From Lama glama (taxonomy: Eukaryota): a stretch of DNA of 64,000 nt. Both the position numbers and the translations under genes were made by a program. The stretch spans positions 57,972,001 to 58,036,000 of the forward strand of contig CM052828.1 of NCBI GenBank assembly GCA_028534125.1. Direction: 5' to 3'. A model generated the notes under the pieces. That model saw only the letters and a program-made list of their open reading frames with translations. It was not told where the DNA came from and did not search any database. Below are positions 62,799 to 64,000 of this stretch, piece by piece; within the stretch, counting starts at the first letter, position 1, and each line of letters opens with the position of its first letter.

Positions 62799-64000
62799 TG
62801 CAGCCTCATTGGTTAAGCATTCAAGTAACCTTTGTCTATATTTAGACCAAAACATTCTCCTGTGGCCATTTGGGGGTCTGTATGAAGCTTCTTAAAACAG
62901 AGGGAGACAATATTCAAGGCTTGATCATGGATAGTTGTCCAACAGAGCCATAAAGACAGACTTTTTCCTGCTGACAACACTGCTGGCGCTGATGGTAGCA
63001 GATCTCTGCGTGTGGATTTCTTGTAGTTCCACCCTAACACGTGTGCATCTGTTAGTTAACTGACTGACTTATTTATGGACTTATTTACTTACTTATTCCA
63101 CTTACCCTTCCAGTCAAGATTTAAGACGAGATGGCTTCTAACGTGACCCCACTCCCCTTACCTTCTCGACCAGAGCCTCTCCTGGGGCTCCCATCCCGGC
63201 TGGCGTGGCCGGTGAGGGGTTGGTTTGCCAGTGAAACACCCTGCGTCTGTGGTGCGGTCGTGGTCTGTCCCTTTCCTCGTCATCCCATATGGCCTATGAC
63301 AGCCGCTAGCAACTTTGCCCATCATTACAGTCGGGGGGCTGACAGATGACAGACGTTAGTTGGAGATGGCTCTCTCACACACGGCCAGCCAATCACCAGG
63401 CACCCCCCAAGGTGGGGGACAAGATCTCAGCCAACAGATGGCTCGGCCTGCCTTGATTAGGTGGAAATTAAACGTGTTGGCTGGAAATCTCCTTTTTAGG
63501 TTTCCCTGAAGAAGCTGTCACTCAGTCCCATATGCACTGATTTTCTCTGTCCCCAGACATTCTTCCACACTGTCACTCAGGCACCTGACAGAAGTTCCCA
63601 CATGTACATTTTCATGTTTTCTGATCACCAAATGCCAGAAAATGGAAAGACGAAACCAGTCATTTTGAATCCCTCGAAAAGAAACACTCGCGTTGCAGAC
63701 GGCAGCTTTATGAAGGTCACGGGCGGTTTTAGTGGAAGATTCGCTGCTCGCTTTTAAAAGAGGACGTTCCCGAAGGCAGCTACTTCTCTTACCCTCTCCC
63801 CACGTTCTTGCTGATGTTTATGTTTTAAGAGGATTGTTCTTTTTCCCAAGCGGAATTCACCATCTGATTATTTGCATAAAAAGTCCTATGTATTTTGGCC
63901 AAAGGCACGCTGGTTCAGATCGTGTCCTAGGCTCATGGCAGAGCAGGGGCCTGTGATTGGGTAGAATGACCTCCTTCCTGTGAGAAGGAGGCCCCTGTGC

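Noticed and set aside
1..64000. ORF-track entries as protein-coding genes
   Set aside because: All are short (60-160 aa), many start at non-ATG codons or overlap repeats on both strands, and none resembles a known host protein. Only L1 ORF2 remnants are recognisable.

Overview
Eutherian mammal genomic DNA, intergenic or deep-intronic. It is not prokaryotic: I see no operons, CRISPR arrays, rRNA or tRNA genes. No recognisable host protein-coding gene is present; the only ORF-track peptides I recognise are decayed LINE-1 ORF2 fragments (50430-50642, 53958-54176, 54355-54546, all minus strand). The window is a mosaic of ancient repeats (MIR, L2, L3/CR1-like, MER20, MLT1A, MLT2, other old LTRs, L1MB/L1MC-like) and younger short L1 3' tails. 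The tail sequences, with no recognisable Alu, BovB/Bov-tA, PRE-1 or Can-SINE, point to a camelid-like cetartiodactyl (inference). Between repeats lie repeat-poor blocks with enhancer-like motif clusters and a few candidate non-coding exons. The clearest unexplained structures are a 22-bp-stem hairpin (58767-58818), a perfect 42-bp tandem duplication (24428-24517), a CpG islet inside a TAAT-rich block (~15.4-16.2 kb) and a 68-bp nested L1 insertion with target-site duplication. I found no convincing evidence of a new biological system. Repeat family names and strands come from remembered consensus sequences, and boundaries are approximate.
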